From contig NC_068981.1 of assembly GCF_001194135.2 (NCBI RefSeq), forward strand, positions 93,290,799 to 93,345,052: a DNA stretch of 54,254 bases, in the 5' to 3' direction. Source of the DNA: Octopus bimaculoides (taxonomy: Eukaryota). Below, piece by piece: positions 39,281-51,300 of this stretch (its first letter is position 1; the number at the start of each line of letters is the position of its first letter). A model generated the notes under the pieces. It saw only the letters and a list, made by a program, of their open reading frames with translations, ran no database searches and was not told the origin of the DNA. Both the position numbers and the translations under genes were made by a program.

Positions 39281-40095
39281 GTATGTTTGAGCTAAATAAT
39301 CGATTATGTGTTTTTCGGGATCCTGACATCTGTGATACGTTATTCCTGGAAAATCATATAACTAAAATATCATTTCTCATACGTTAGCCAATACGATTTT
39401 CAGAAAGTGTTCAGCACAATAAAACTAACGTGATTTTTATACAACAGACGTCACACTATCGTTTTATTGTATTCATTTTGAGTCCTAACATATATAAAAC
39501 AAAACCCACGTCTGTTAGCCGAAACGTAAATCGCAGTTTTAGCTTGAAATTTCAATGCATTAAGTAATCTTGTTATAGTCATAGTTGCATTCAGATATAG
39601 AGAATTTTTGGATTAACTTTTGATTATTTCTTGACGTAATAAATACTGCTTTCAATATCGCCAAGTTTCCTTAAATAGTAAATTAAATTCCCTGGGAAAA
39701 CACAGATTCTCTACTAGAACTTAAGGAAATGTACATGCAAATAGTGAGATTGCATCACATTTCGTCAGTATTTAGTGTATCCATCGTAAGTGAATCAAAA
39801 TTGTCGCTGCAATTAGAACTGTAATCTCTTAAAATAAATTACATCTTGAGTGGTATCAAGACAAAAAGCAAACATGATATATATGTTTCAGATTATATTA
39901 AATATCAATAAGCAAGTTCTTAAAGGCAGTAGAGTCACGTTTATTTTATTATGAATGTTTCAGTCCAATCAAATATGAGATTATGATATACTTTTGAGAG
40001 GTAATAAACGGTCAATTTTATCTGAAAACACAATCATACTATTTTCTCCATAACACATTGGCTAGTTTTACTGACAGTTTTTGGCACTTTGATTA

Positions 40096-40159
40096 TTACA
40101 CTGTCGTACTGTTACACTGTTGTACTATTACACTGTCGTACTGCACAGCTGTCGTACCA
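40096..40159. repeat. 16-bp minisatellite x4 (ttacactgtcgtactg)
   Basis: Three near-identical units plus one diverged unit. Confidence 0.85.
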
Positions 40160-40564
40160 TACGGTACTGAACATAGTCAACACATGGACACAGTTTTAGC
40201 CAAGAAATCATGACGTTCTATTCACAACCAAACTACTCCGAGGTCATTTGTGAGTGCAAATTAGTAGATGTAAAACTTGTTGAAGCCCTTCGGGTTAATT
40301 TATACCTTGTTTTGAATACTAGAAGAGTTTAAGAACACAAATCTGACTTTTAGTGCATTCAGCGAAATCTAGATTGTTACAAGTATTCAGATTAGGGGAC
40401 AGGATAAGGATTGCGACACACACTCAATAGCTAAGCCAAAAAACATTCAGCTATTTTACTCAACTGATAGCCATGTCCAGTAATAGAACACTTTACAAAA
40501 ACATACATGCATACATATATATGCATCTTCATACATGTAAGTGCATATATATGGACACACACAC

Positions 40565-40616
<52 letters not shown>

Positions 40617-40829
40617 NNNNNNNNNNNNNNNNNNTATATATACAAGTAAGAAATTTGCACAGGTGTCAATTCATTACGGTCGTTTCAAGCGACTCCATTT
40701 AATTGATTAATGAAATCATTACATCAATTTGAAAGAAACCATTCTCGTCAGATGAACACATACATTTCAAACATAAAAGATAAACCATTTTTTATATTTA
40801 CATTTTTGCCTTTTGCTACAATTGTGGCA

Positions 40830-43380
40830 GAATGAGTTGAGAAAATACTGCATAACTTGTAAAGCCTACTATAATCGAGAGAGTAGCAGAGGGAATGGTG
40901 GGAGGTGTCAGAATAAAAAAGAGTGATGACGTAGTTACTTATATTTAGAAGATTTTATGTAGTATGTAATCTTCAACCATTTAGAATTAAATCCATTGGG
41001 AGTTGTAAACTGTTTCCTAGTTAATGGTGATAAATCAATTAATGTCAGACAATCTACTAGACAGCCAATATACTGGAACTATATATTGAGCTTTATCTAC
41101 ATAAAAGGGTAGGTTACACGTTTGGTAGTAAGAAAATGTCTGATGAGGAAGGGGTGGTAACTGGAAGAAAGAAGGATAGGGGTAGCCAATACTTATTTAG
41201 ATTATCAAATAAAAAAGGGATATGATGAAAAACCAAAAGTGATAAGTAATATAAACATTAGGGGTTGAAATTAGAATTGAAGGATACGGGAGGGACTAAT
41301 TTATAACGTAGTGGATTTATAATATTCAATAGAGAAAATTTACATCAATATATAGTATAGAGATAGAATTTAAACTAAAATCATAGCGGGATAACTTAAT
41401 GTATAAGAAAAGTTATCAAGAATATTCTAAGAATATTGTTTAGAGGTTCATGATAAAGACATTCTAAAATGAATGTATTACAGAATTAGATTATCATATG
41501 GGTAGAAGTACATAGTATATTTTAAAGAAATAGAAAGAACTATTCTCTTCTTTATGGTTCGTTAAGTATAATATATCGTAAAATATGGTATCGAATATAA
41601 GGGGTAATAGAATTATAGGTATACTAAATGTATAAGGGACCTCATTCGGAAGCGATACCTGAACCGATCTGGGCATGTAAACATTTAATAAATATTGCAT
41701 GATTAAAAGATATACTAAAATAAGAATTCACATATGTAGTAAATTATATAAGACATAGAAAATTATTCATAAATTACAAACACTAGGAAAGTATATAAAA
41801 GGGTATACAAATGTATAAAAATATCAAATATAGATACAAAAACTTTATAAAACATGATGTGTAATTATAAATTTTATAAGAAATAATATTGTATTATACA
41901 GTGATTGTTATGAAGAGAGATTATAAACTCTTTAGAAGCTGTAGAAGTTGCACAACTGTATAAGAGGATATACAAATACATAAATTTAATAAAATAAAAT
42001 ATAAAATTTTCATTAAAATTTTATAAAATATTTCTTTACATAATGATATAAAAGGTATAACAGAGATTAAGGATAAGTCAAAATAAAATAAGGGTTATTT
42101 TTGAATTATGATATAAATTATATTGGTATATTGAAAATAATTCTTAGATGTGTTATTATTATAAATACCCAATAAAATAAAAATATATGTATCAGATATT
42201 AATTAAAAATAAAGATATCTATGGAAATGGGTTTATAGAATATTTCTAAGATATATCAAATACACTGATCTAGGTAGAACAATAGCAGATGCTATGGGTT
42301 ATACCTTATACATAGTGAAGGTGCAAGATTTAGCAATCCGTTGTAAATTTATATGCTATACTAACTGAGAATTCCAATAATGAAGGGGTAAACATAATAT
42401 AATTATTGAAAGATCACAGATCAAAGGGATTACGGGTTATTAGAAAGCAATACTACATAGATCCGTGCTTCAATTTAAGTACCTAATTCAACTGAATCCT
42501 AATTATATTTCATATATATTTACATAGCTGAAATTAAACAGAGAGAGAATAAAAAAAAGAACTTTTGGCTTTAGCAACCAATCCTGATGACTGGTTGGAA
42601 AAAGGTAGTTGAAGAGGAGAGTGAGGGAAAAGAGGAGATAATAAAGTACTGGTGATCCCAAAACGAAGGCGCGCGTGCGTAGTATGTATGTGAGAATGTG
42701 AAAGTGTGCGCGTGTGGAAGGATAATAGTGACTTTGACGTGCTGATATGTGCATGTCTGTCTGCGTCTGTAACGTGTGGGTGTGTGGGTGTGCGGATGAT
42801 GGTGTGCGGTGTGGCTGCTGGCAAGTGGTCAGTGCTAATGTGTGTAGAGTAGTGTAGGGTGGTGTGGTTGTGTTGTGGTGCTGTGGTTGTGTNNNNNNNN
42901 NNTGTGTAGAGTAGTGTAGGGTGGTGTGGTTGTGTTGTGGTGCTGTGGTTGTGTGTGATGTTGTGTGTGTGGCGGTGTGGCGATGTAGGAAAGTGAGGGT
43001 GGGTTGTGGGTTTAACGTGTAGCTAGCTATAAGGTAGGGATGTGGGAGTGGTATGTGTGTGGGTGTGGATGGGGAGGTATCAATGAAGAGAGAAGGTGAG
43101 TTAGAATGAAGAGAGGGAGTAGGTGTCAGGCAAGAGAGCTGAGGAGAGGTGGGTAGGATTGAAAAGAGGAAGTAGGTGCCAGATGAAGAGATGAGGGGAA
43201 AGGAGTCAGATAAAGAGAGGAGGGGAGTTGAGCCCACGTGGCACAAAGGAGCGAAGAGAAGATTAATACTTGTTTGCGGTGAAGGCGGGAGTCAGGATGG
43301 CCTTGTGAAAGACATTCCGAACACAGACAAGTGTTGTAATGAATGACCGGTAGAGCGGAAATGGCGCGAGACCGGGGTGT
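40830..43380 (+). mobile_element. Ancient, strand-asymmetric retroelement-like remnant (possibly L1/Tx1 ORF2 end plus GT-rich 3' region)
   Basis: About 1.7 kb A/G-rich, C-poor block with fragments SCRSCTTV*EDIQIHKF (knuckle-like) and RYLWKWVYRIF, then a GT-rich tail ending at (TA)n. All frames are heavily stopped. Confidence 0.3.
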
Positions 43381-43465
<85 letters not shown>

Positions 43466-44060
43466 TCACACACTACACTACGGTTATTTGTATAATATAA
43501 CAGATCAGATACATACCGTACTATAACAGCTTAAACTTCATGTAAAGTACATTATATATATAAATAACCAAGTTAGTAATGTGACCCATACTGAATATGT
43601 GTTTACATTGAGGTATAACCCTGTGAATTGAAAAATGGTTTTACGTTGAATTTGAATGTGTGTGTGTGAACAAAACTGACATATATAATATATTGTATAT
43701 GGTATTTTAGTTGTTTCCTTTAGAGAAATTTTGTCAGGCATGACATACTACATCGGTTATATGTAACTGTTTGGCAGAAGTCTCAATCTAAAGGAGACAT
43801 ATTTTTAAAAATATCTTCTTTTTCTTTTAAGAAATTAAAATGCGATTTTTTTCTTTCTATATTTTTCTCCTCGTTTTAACAAGTAGAGTGACGTAGCAGT
43901 TAAACGGAACTGCCTCCCCTTCGACACATTTTATATAGTGTCGTTCATTAGCTACTATTTTTAAAATACAACTTTATGCAGTGAGATTTTTTTTAATTAT
44001 ATTTCTAAGGTGACTTCATGGATATTTAATACATTATCTAGAATTTAATACATTATCTAA

Positions 44061-44528
44061 ATTTCGGGCCTTGTGTCTAGAGTAGAAAAAAATATTTTAA
44101 GGCGGTGAGCTGGCAGAAACGTTAGCACGTCGGGTGAAATGCTTAGCGGCATTTCGTCTACTGCTACGTTCTGAGTTCAAATTCGACCGAGGTCGACTTT
44201 GCCTTTCATCCTTTCGGGGTCGATTAATTAAGTACCAGTTACGCACTGGGGTCGATATAATCGACTTAATCCGTTTGTCTGTCCTTGTTTGTCCCCTCTG
44301 TATGTAGCCCCCTTGTGGGCAGTAAAGAAATAAGAAACGTTAGCACGCCGGTCGTACTGCTTAGCGGTATTTCGTCTGTCTTCATGTTCTGAGTTCAAAT
44401 TCCGCCGAGGTTGACTTTGCCTTCATCCTTTCGGGATCGGTAAATTAAGTACCAGTTGCGTACTGACATCGATCTGATCGACTGACCCCCTCCCCAAATA
44501 TTTCAGGCCTTGTGCCTACAGTAGAAAA
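44061..44528 (+). mobile_element. Head-to-tail SINE family 1 array (tail stub, full copy 44099-44330, 5'-truncated copy 44333-44528)
   Basis: Best-preserved copy in the window: aggcggtgagctggcagaaacgttagcacg...gagttcaaattc...gtcgactttgcctttcatcctttcggggtcga..aagtaccagt. Confidence 0.9.
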
Positions 44529-45676
44529 TGTATTTTCATCCATTTCTCAGATGGTACCGTAAAATTTGATGGATACGTACCTGTTAATTCAAGGAGACGG
44601 AGCTGCAACATATAAGTTCCTTACATACTATACAACAGCGTATGAGTTCCTTGTATATTAATCAGTATATGTGCAGTGGTGAAGTGTACTTTGCAGTAAG
44701 TCAAACGCTTGCTATCTACCGCACAGTAAATATGTGTGCCGCAAATTACTGTATGACTATGAATGATTGGTCTGCTTAATTGGAGCTGACATAAGAATAC
44801 AAAATAAAACATACCTCGACTGTCTAATACCATTAAAAAGATGAGAAAATGGAAGCAAATATCTCTTTGTATGGATACTCATATATAATTCACTAAGTAA
44901 GTAGTATCTTATCATTCTCATTAATAATTGCGAAAATAGGTTACTCTCTTAATGGTAAAGTTATTAATCACCATTTTGCTCTCTCTCAAATATACAATGT
45001 AGCTGAAAGTTTGTAATCGAAAGCCATTAACATGCTTTCTCTTGTCTACAAATATCTTGAGCAAACAAATGCTAAACGTATATTGACCATTGACACAATG
45101 AGCTCATATCACGAATACATGATGTAAGTTAACTTTTGTCATGTTACCTATAATTTCATTTCCACTTGTTTGAAATTTATTAGCTCAATGAGAAAGTAGC
45201 TGCTTCGCTTTGATTTCTCGTATCTAAGGCCAACTAAAGATGGAACGGTGAATGATACCTCAACGGTTCGTAGAGATTATATTTCGTTCATACTGCTGAT
45301 CATGTATTGATCTGTTTGGCTTCTGATATTATTTTTCTCTTTTTTATATATTTCTATTTATTAACAACAAATATGACAAGGAGGGGAATGCAAAAGATGA
45401 GATGAGAAAATGTTTTCGTCTTTGTTATCTGCATTTAATTGATGTAGGATTGAAACATATTCATACAATTTACTTATAAAAGTTTTATAACATTTTATAT
45501 TACTTCCAAATTTTATTTTCTTTTCTCATTATTTTTTGTCCTGCAATATATTTTTAATTAAAACAATTACATTGACACAGTAGTAGGTAAGTTTCAAACG
45601 CTGCAGCAGGCAACTTTTCCCCTCTTCTAGGGGTATTTGCCCAATTTTCAGACTGTTTCCACAGCTACGCTTCGAC

Positions 45677-45730
<54 letters not shown>

Positions 45731-45808
45731 CTTCTACATATAAATCTACTTATCTAGATATATAGATATTTGAGTATGTATGTATGTTTGTATACGCGTG
45801 TGTGTGTT

Positions 45809-45914
<106 letters not shown>

Positions 45915-46004
45915 ACAAATTCATAGCCCATTATTTTTGTGAGAGAAGCGGTGACAGAAGTTTTAAACAAGTCATCCAAAATGTCTTATCGAAATCAACC
46001 CTCA

Positions 46005-46700
46005 GTGAATGTCTCTGCTGAATCTTCGACCGACACTAACCGGGTCTTCGGATTTTACCCGGCTATCTTTTCCAACACGTTGGCGTAAAAGCCACCCACA
46101 TTTGCTCAGATTGTTCCAACTGTCTGAGAACTACCGACTACGTTTCGGCAATGAGCTAAAAAGTCAACCAGGTCCTATTGAAATGGAGCTTTCTTTGAAC
46201 GAAGCGAGAATAATATTGATCATTCCTGATTTCAAACTGTGTTCCATAAATTTTGTTCTGCATGCCCAACTAAGACAGGACCCATAGACAGCAACCTGGT
46301 TATTGGGAAATGAATGGACCTTTACAAGCATGCAAATGTTTCAGGGGCCAGTTTTCCCTATTAGTTTAGCAGTAGTTGCTGAAGTTGTTCAGGAACAGCT
46401 GGCAGTGCCATACTCTACAAAAAGCGCTATATACGAATTTATAGTGAAAGTGGTAACAATACAGAGAAATAGTCTGGAGGAGGAAGTATGTGGGAGGGCT
46501 CTAGTTACCAATCAAGAGCATGCAATTAGTACAGGCAATACAATCAGAAATAACGCTCGACAATTTTTTCAGTGCCAAATATTGGGCTTTTGTCCGATGC
46601 TGTCCGATGAATTCTTTCAGATTTTCGAACCCCACTGAGAACAGTATTGCTTCTCATCTCTATGGAAACGATAAAATAATGTATTTGGTCGATGTTGTTG
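46005..46700 (+). mobile_element. Decayed L1/Tx1-like LINE fragment (end of APE domain and linker)
   Basis: Fragments LLRLFQLSENYRL, PDFKLCSINFVL and QQPGYWEMNGPLQACKCFRGQF (GYWKLN-like motif of L1/Tx1 ORF2), across frameshifts. Confidence 0.55.
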
Positions 46701-47149
46701 ACTAGCCCACCCTTCAAAAATTGTTGGCCTTACGCCTAAATTAGAAAGTAAAAGGGTGGCGGACTGACAGAAGTGTTAGAGCGTTGGGGAAAATACTTTG
46801 TAGTATTTGTTCCGGCTCTTTTCATCCGACACTTTGAAATCGCTAAGGGAAATAACTCAAACAGCAAGCGATTGTCGGCGTCATGGTAAGGGAGGTGGTA
46901 GTTGCAATATTTGCTTTTATAATGGTAAATAAGGACAGAGACGGAAAAGGAGACTCTGACAGAGAGAAAAGGGGTGAGGGAGAGAGAAAGAGAGAGAGCG
47001 CGTACCGAAGGAAGAGAGTAAGTGAGAAAAAGATAGAGAAGGAAGGCATTAGGGAGGAAAAGTTTTTTAAATATATACTGAGAAATTCAGAGATAAAGAG
47101 ACAAGGAACATAAGAAATGATAATGGTAAATGATAGCGTTAGTAACTGC

Positions 47150-47640
47150 ATTGAAGTTGTTTCTTTGTTTCTAATAGACACAGTAGTGCCGTTGTTTGTA
47201 ATGGTAGTGGTGTTGGTGGTGGTGGTGAGGGAAGATAGTTGTCGTGTTGCTAGTGTATATTCGTAATGATGTTGGTGGAGGTGGTGGATAGTCGTTATGC
47301 TATTGTTAATGGAAGTGGTGTTTAGTCATATTGGAGTTAGTGGAGGTGGTGGATAGTCCTAATGGTAGTCGAGGTGGTGGTGGTCGTCGTCGTCGTCATT
47401 GTCGTCGTCGTCATCGTCGTCGTGGTGATGGTGGTGGTCGTGCATATTCGTGGTGGTGTTGGTTGTGGCGTTGGTGGTAGTGATGGTGGTGGCGGTGGCG
47501 GTGATGATGTTTGTTGTTGTAACAGTAGTATTCTGCTATTGCTTATAGCGAATATGGTTTTTGTTGCTGATAATCTTGGAACTGGTAGCGATGGTGGGCG
47601 TGGTAAAGTCTTATTGCTTTGTAGCAGTGATAAATAAAGA
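47150..47640. repeat. GT-rich trinucleotide low-complexity region (GTG/GTC/GTT)
   Basis: Directly visible. It explains the poly-V/poly-T ORFs. Confidence 0.9.
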
Positions 47641-47888
47641 GAAACGCTGTTCATGGCAGTGACAGTGATGACGTTTGTTTGTTGTCTGTTGCCATGGAAG
47701 TACGGGTTTTGTGATGCTCGAGGTTGTGAGAGTAACGTTTGTTCATTGTTCCATAATATAGTTAATGATTGTCTGGGGAGTTATATATATAAAGTTGATT
47801 CCACACACCATTACTATAATTTTTGTACTATTTTTAACACTGTAGTACTATGTAGTCTAACCGGTGATTGAACTTCGTCAGAAAGCCA

Positions 47889-47933
<45 letters not shown>

Positions 47934-47938
<5 letters not shown>

Positions 47939-48660
47939 CAAAATGAGAAAACGAAGCCAAGGCTGTCAGGAGTTTTCAGGATATTTTATAAGGAAAAAGA
48001 TATAGATATAGTCTTACAGCTGTTTCTGGGATATTATGGATATCCCTTCATCAGAGACGACGTGAGATGGTTAAATAGAGGTAAATATTTGACTTCGAAA
48101 TAAGGAATTATTATGGAAAAGGAGGAGCTAGGGAATATAGACGGACATAAGAGAATGAAAGTAAAAGTAAAAATATAATATATAAAGTTATTGTAGTTTC
48201 AGTTCGATTATTCGAGGAAAGCGGTACTTAGAAGTGGTAAAAAAAGCTTCCTAGGCTTTCCAGGCTGTCTTAATGCGGGTTCTTCCGGGGTTGCAGCCTA
48301 GTGTATGTGTGCTCTGTTGAGATTCTGATGGTTGGTGTGTCGTTGCGATGTGATTTGAGATATATGATGCTTGAGCTTAGTATTAGGGATGTATTTTATT
48401 TGTTGGGAGAAGCCGCTAGCACCGAGCGCTTAATTGTAATATGGTGCGTGGTTATTGAATATTTCCTCAGTGGAAGAGCGGTCACATATACGAATCGAGA
48501 TAACTTTGACTATGTTATCAAATGTGGATTTGTGGTGATTGGAAAGAATGTTTAAGTATTTAAGTTATTGGTTAGGTTTGTGATAAGGGGAGTACGGGGA
48601 GGTTTCTCAGTTTAAAGTTACATCTAAAAAGTTAGTTATTTTGTGGAAAAATCAAAATTA
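47934..48660 (-). mobile_element. Penelope-like element remnant: RT thumb fragment, internal deletion, 3' terminal repeat with hammerhead
   Basis: Minus frame 48640-48385 reads TNFLDVTLN*ETSPYSPYHKPNQ*LKYLNILSNHHKSTFDNIVKVISIRICDRSSTEEIFNNHAPYYN*ALGASGFSQQIKYIP, matching the PLE FLD..PY.KP..YI..SNHP..L..SG pattern. Ends at (TA)n. Confidence 0.85.
48011..48058 (-). ncRNA. Minimal type I hammerhead ribozyme motif
   Basis: gtct-CTGATGA-a-gggatat-ccata-atatccc-a-GAAAC-agct-GTA-agac. Canonical core, 4-bp helix I, 7-bp helix II, palindromic ACAGCTGT helix III, GUA cleavage triplet. Confidence 0.8.
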
Positions 48661-49954
48661 ATAGATATGCTTAGGCTAGAGAAACATTTGTGTACATCTT
48701 TATGTATATAAAAATATATATCAGTGTGTGTATATATGTATATGTGTATATATGTACATGTATGTACCCCACTATAATACATATATATACATATATATNN
48801 NNNNNNNNNNNNNNNNNNNNNNNNNNNNNNNNNNNNNNNNNNNNNNNNNNNNNNNNNNNNNNNNNNNNNNNNNNNNNNNNNNNNNNNNNNNNNNNNNNNN
48901 NNNNNNNNNNNNNNNNNNNNNNNNNNNNNNNNNNNCTACAATTAGAAACAAATTATAATTAGGGGTCAGCTAATTGCTTCACCACATACCGAATTAAAAA
49001 ATAGGAGTTAAAAATTACTTTTCAACTATCGTATATATATATCTTTTAAATTTGTTTATGGTAATGTTATGAATATGCAAATAAAGTTCCTATTCCATTG
49101 TGCCGGACATTGTCTAATGATACTGACTAATGAATAATTTTTCGGGGTTGCATCAAGTTATACCGATATAATGTAGGATGAATATAATAATAATTACAAT
49201 AATCGTAGGATGGAATTTATAATCATTTAATGCATCACTAGCACATTTCCATAGACCACATGGCTTTTAAGTCCGCAGTACATATTCCTTGGATTATTAC
49301 AGTGTAGTCCGTAGTATCCGTGCTTATCCGGTTGATCATCATCATTGATTCACTTATTATTCGTAATGATATGGTATTTTCTTGATTAAAATTTTAACGA
49401 TTTTATGTTTGATGTATCTCATTTCAATAATTTCAAGTTTGATAATATATGAATATAAAACATTAAACAATTGACGTAAACATGAAACTTTACACCACAT
49501 TTGTAATTCTATTACGATTCTATACTTTTCCAGTACAAATATAGGCTGGCATAAAACCATTGAAATGAGTATGAAGGGTCGTTCAACTGTCGTTAATGTG
49601 ACCAGTACAATATTTAATATGTGAATTTATTTCATTTCAGGAATACTCCACATTTTTAAAATTTCAAATAGACTAGCTGAGATCCCATAATTACTATAAC
49701 CGTGAATTTTATTTTTGTTGTATGGGCTTTTGCCAGATATAATGAATATATATGTGATCATTATGTGATCTAGTCGTGTTTCGCCAGGCGATATGTAAGC
49801 ATTGTCTCCACAAGTTCAAATTCTCGGCTTCAAGACCATCCTCTCTGACTGTCGTGGCCTGAAGTAGTAGTCACTGAGTTTTTCAGGACTTTGGTCGTAT
49901 ATATGTATGTATGTATGTATGTATGTACGTATGTATGCATGCATGTGTATATAC

Positions 49955-49999
<45 letters not shown>

Positions 50000-50434
50000 T
50001 TTACATTTCATCTTTTCGGTCTCGATAAAATAATTACCATTTGAGCGCTGAAGTCGATGTAATCGACTAATCCCTTCCTCCGAAATTGCTGGGTTTGTGT
50101 CAACATGTGAAACTAATGATAATGATAATAATAATGCTTTCAAATTTTGGTACAAAGCCAACAATTTCATGGAAAGAAGATCTGCTTTTATGCAGTAACA
50201 AGCAGTGGCAGTCTTGACTTTTGGTCTTAACTGATTGGATTGTTAATATGTTCAAGGTTTTCGTTGGTGTAAAAATTGGGTTACAACTAGTATTCTGCTC
50301 AATACAGCAGATTTGCTGATCAGTTGTTTGACCTTAAAGATTTAAGCCTGTTGTTTTGTGGATGACGGTGGATAAATTTTAGATCATGAGCAGGGGTAGT
50401 GGCTGAGCATCATAGTCATGAGTTGAGAGGATAC

Positions 50435-50547
50435 AGTAACCATAACAGTAACAATAAGAGCATCACAGCAAATCACAGCACCTACCCAAGGCAAACAGAG
50501 CTGCGTTCGGTAGTGAAGTGAAAACACGTTATAAAAACTACTGAATG
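50435..50547 (+). mobile_element. 3' UTR of the R4/Dong-like family seen at 6166-6470
   Basis: cacagcacctacccaaggcaaacagagctgcgttcggtagtgaagtgaaaacacgttataaaaactactgaat followed by (TAA)n. Confidence 0.85.

Positions 50548-50645
<98 letters not shown>
50548..50645. repeat. (TAA)n microsatellite
   Basis: Directly visible. Confidence 0.97.
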
Positions 50646-50646
<1 letters not shown>

Positions 50647-51098
50647 GAAAGTAAGAAATACAAGACGTTATGGAACTTCAATATTCAGGCTGACAGAGTA
50701 GTAGAAGCTAGAAGGCCTGATTTAGTAGTAGTAGCTAAAGAGAATAGAAAATGCCAGATAATTGTCTTTAGAGTCCCAAATGGTGGAAAAATCAATATGA
50801 GAAGTATAGAAAAAATAGCAAATTACCAGGACCTAGCCATTGCATTACAGAAACTACGGAATGTGCTGGTAAAATGTATCCCAGTAGTTATAGGCGCATT
50901 GGAAACTATCCCTCAAGATTTCAACAGATGGATAGAGGAAATAGGTATATAACCCAGTTTAGTACAGCTCCAGAAAACAGTATTGTTAGGGACAGTTAGA
51001 ATAGATAGGAGGGTTCTTGGTATCTAAGGTTACTTGCTGAAGCCTGATTTTAGAATTTTTTTCTTTTCCAACAGTCCAATCTGTTGTGTGTATCTGAA

Positions 51099-51100
<2 letters not shown>
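50646..51100 (+). mobile_element. R4/Dong-like LINE, 5'-truncated (RLE domain plus 3' UTR)
   Basis: KTLWNFNIQADRVVEARRPDLVVVAKENRKCQII..EKIANYQDLAIALQKL..IPVVIGALETIP..QLQKTVLLGTVRI. Flanked by (TAA)n on both sides. Confidence 0.88.
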
Positions 51101-51162
<62 letters not shown>

Positions 51163-51177
51163 GTAATAATAATAACA

Positions 51178-51300
51178 TAGATATTTAGGGATTTTAGACC
51201 TGGATGACATTCTACACAGAGAAATGAAATTCAAGGTCAGCGAGACGTACAAAAAAGGGTGAAGATGATGTTGAAATCCAACCTGAATGTCAAAAATTTG
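51178..51300 (+). mobile_element. R4/Dong-like RT thumb fragment
   Basis: YLGILDLDDILHREMKFKVSETYKKRVKMMLKSNLNVKN, directly after (TAA)n. Confidence 0.7.

Noticed and set aside
40830-42560. Mitochondrial insert (NUMT) or ciliate-code (TAA/TAG=Gln) contaminant hypothesis
   Set aside because: No recognisable mitochondrial gene motif, all three stop types occur in all frames, and stop density fits AT-rich decayed DNA.
42840-42954. 52-bp direct repeat on either side of a 10-N gap
   Set aside because: Typical unmerged contig overlap, an assembly artefact.
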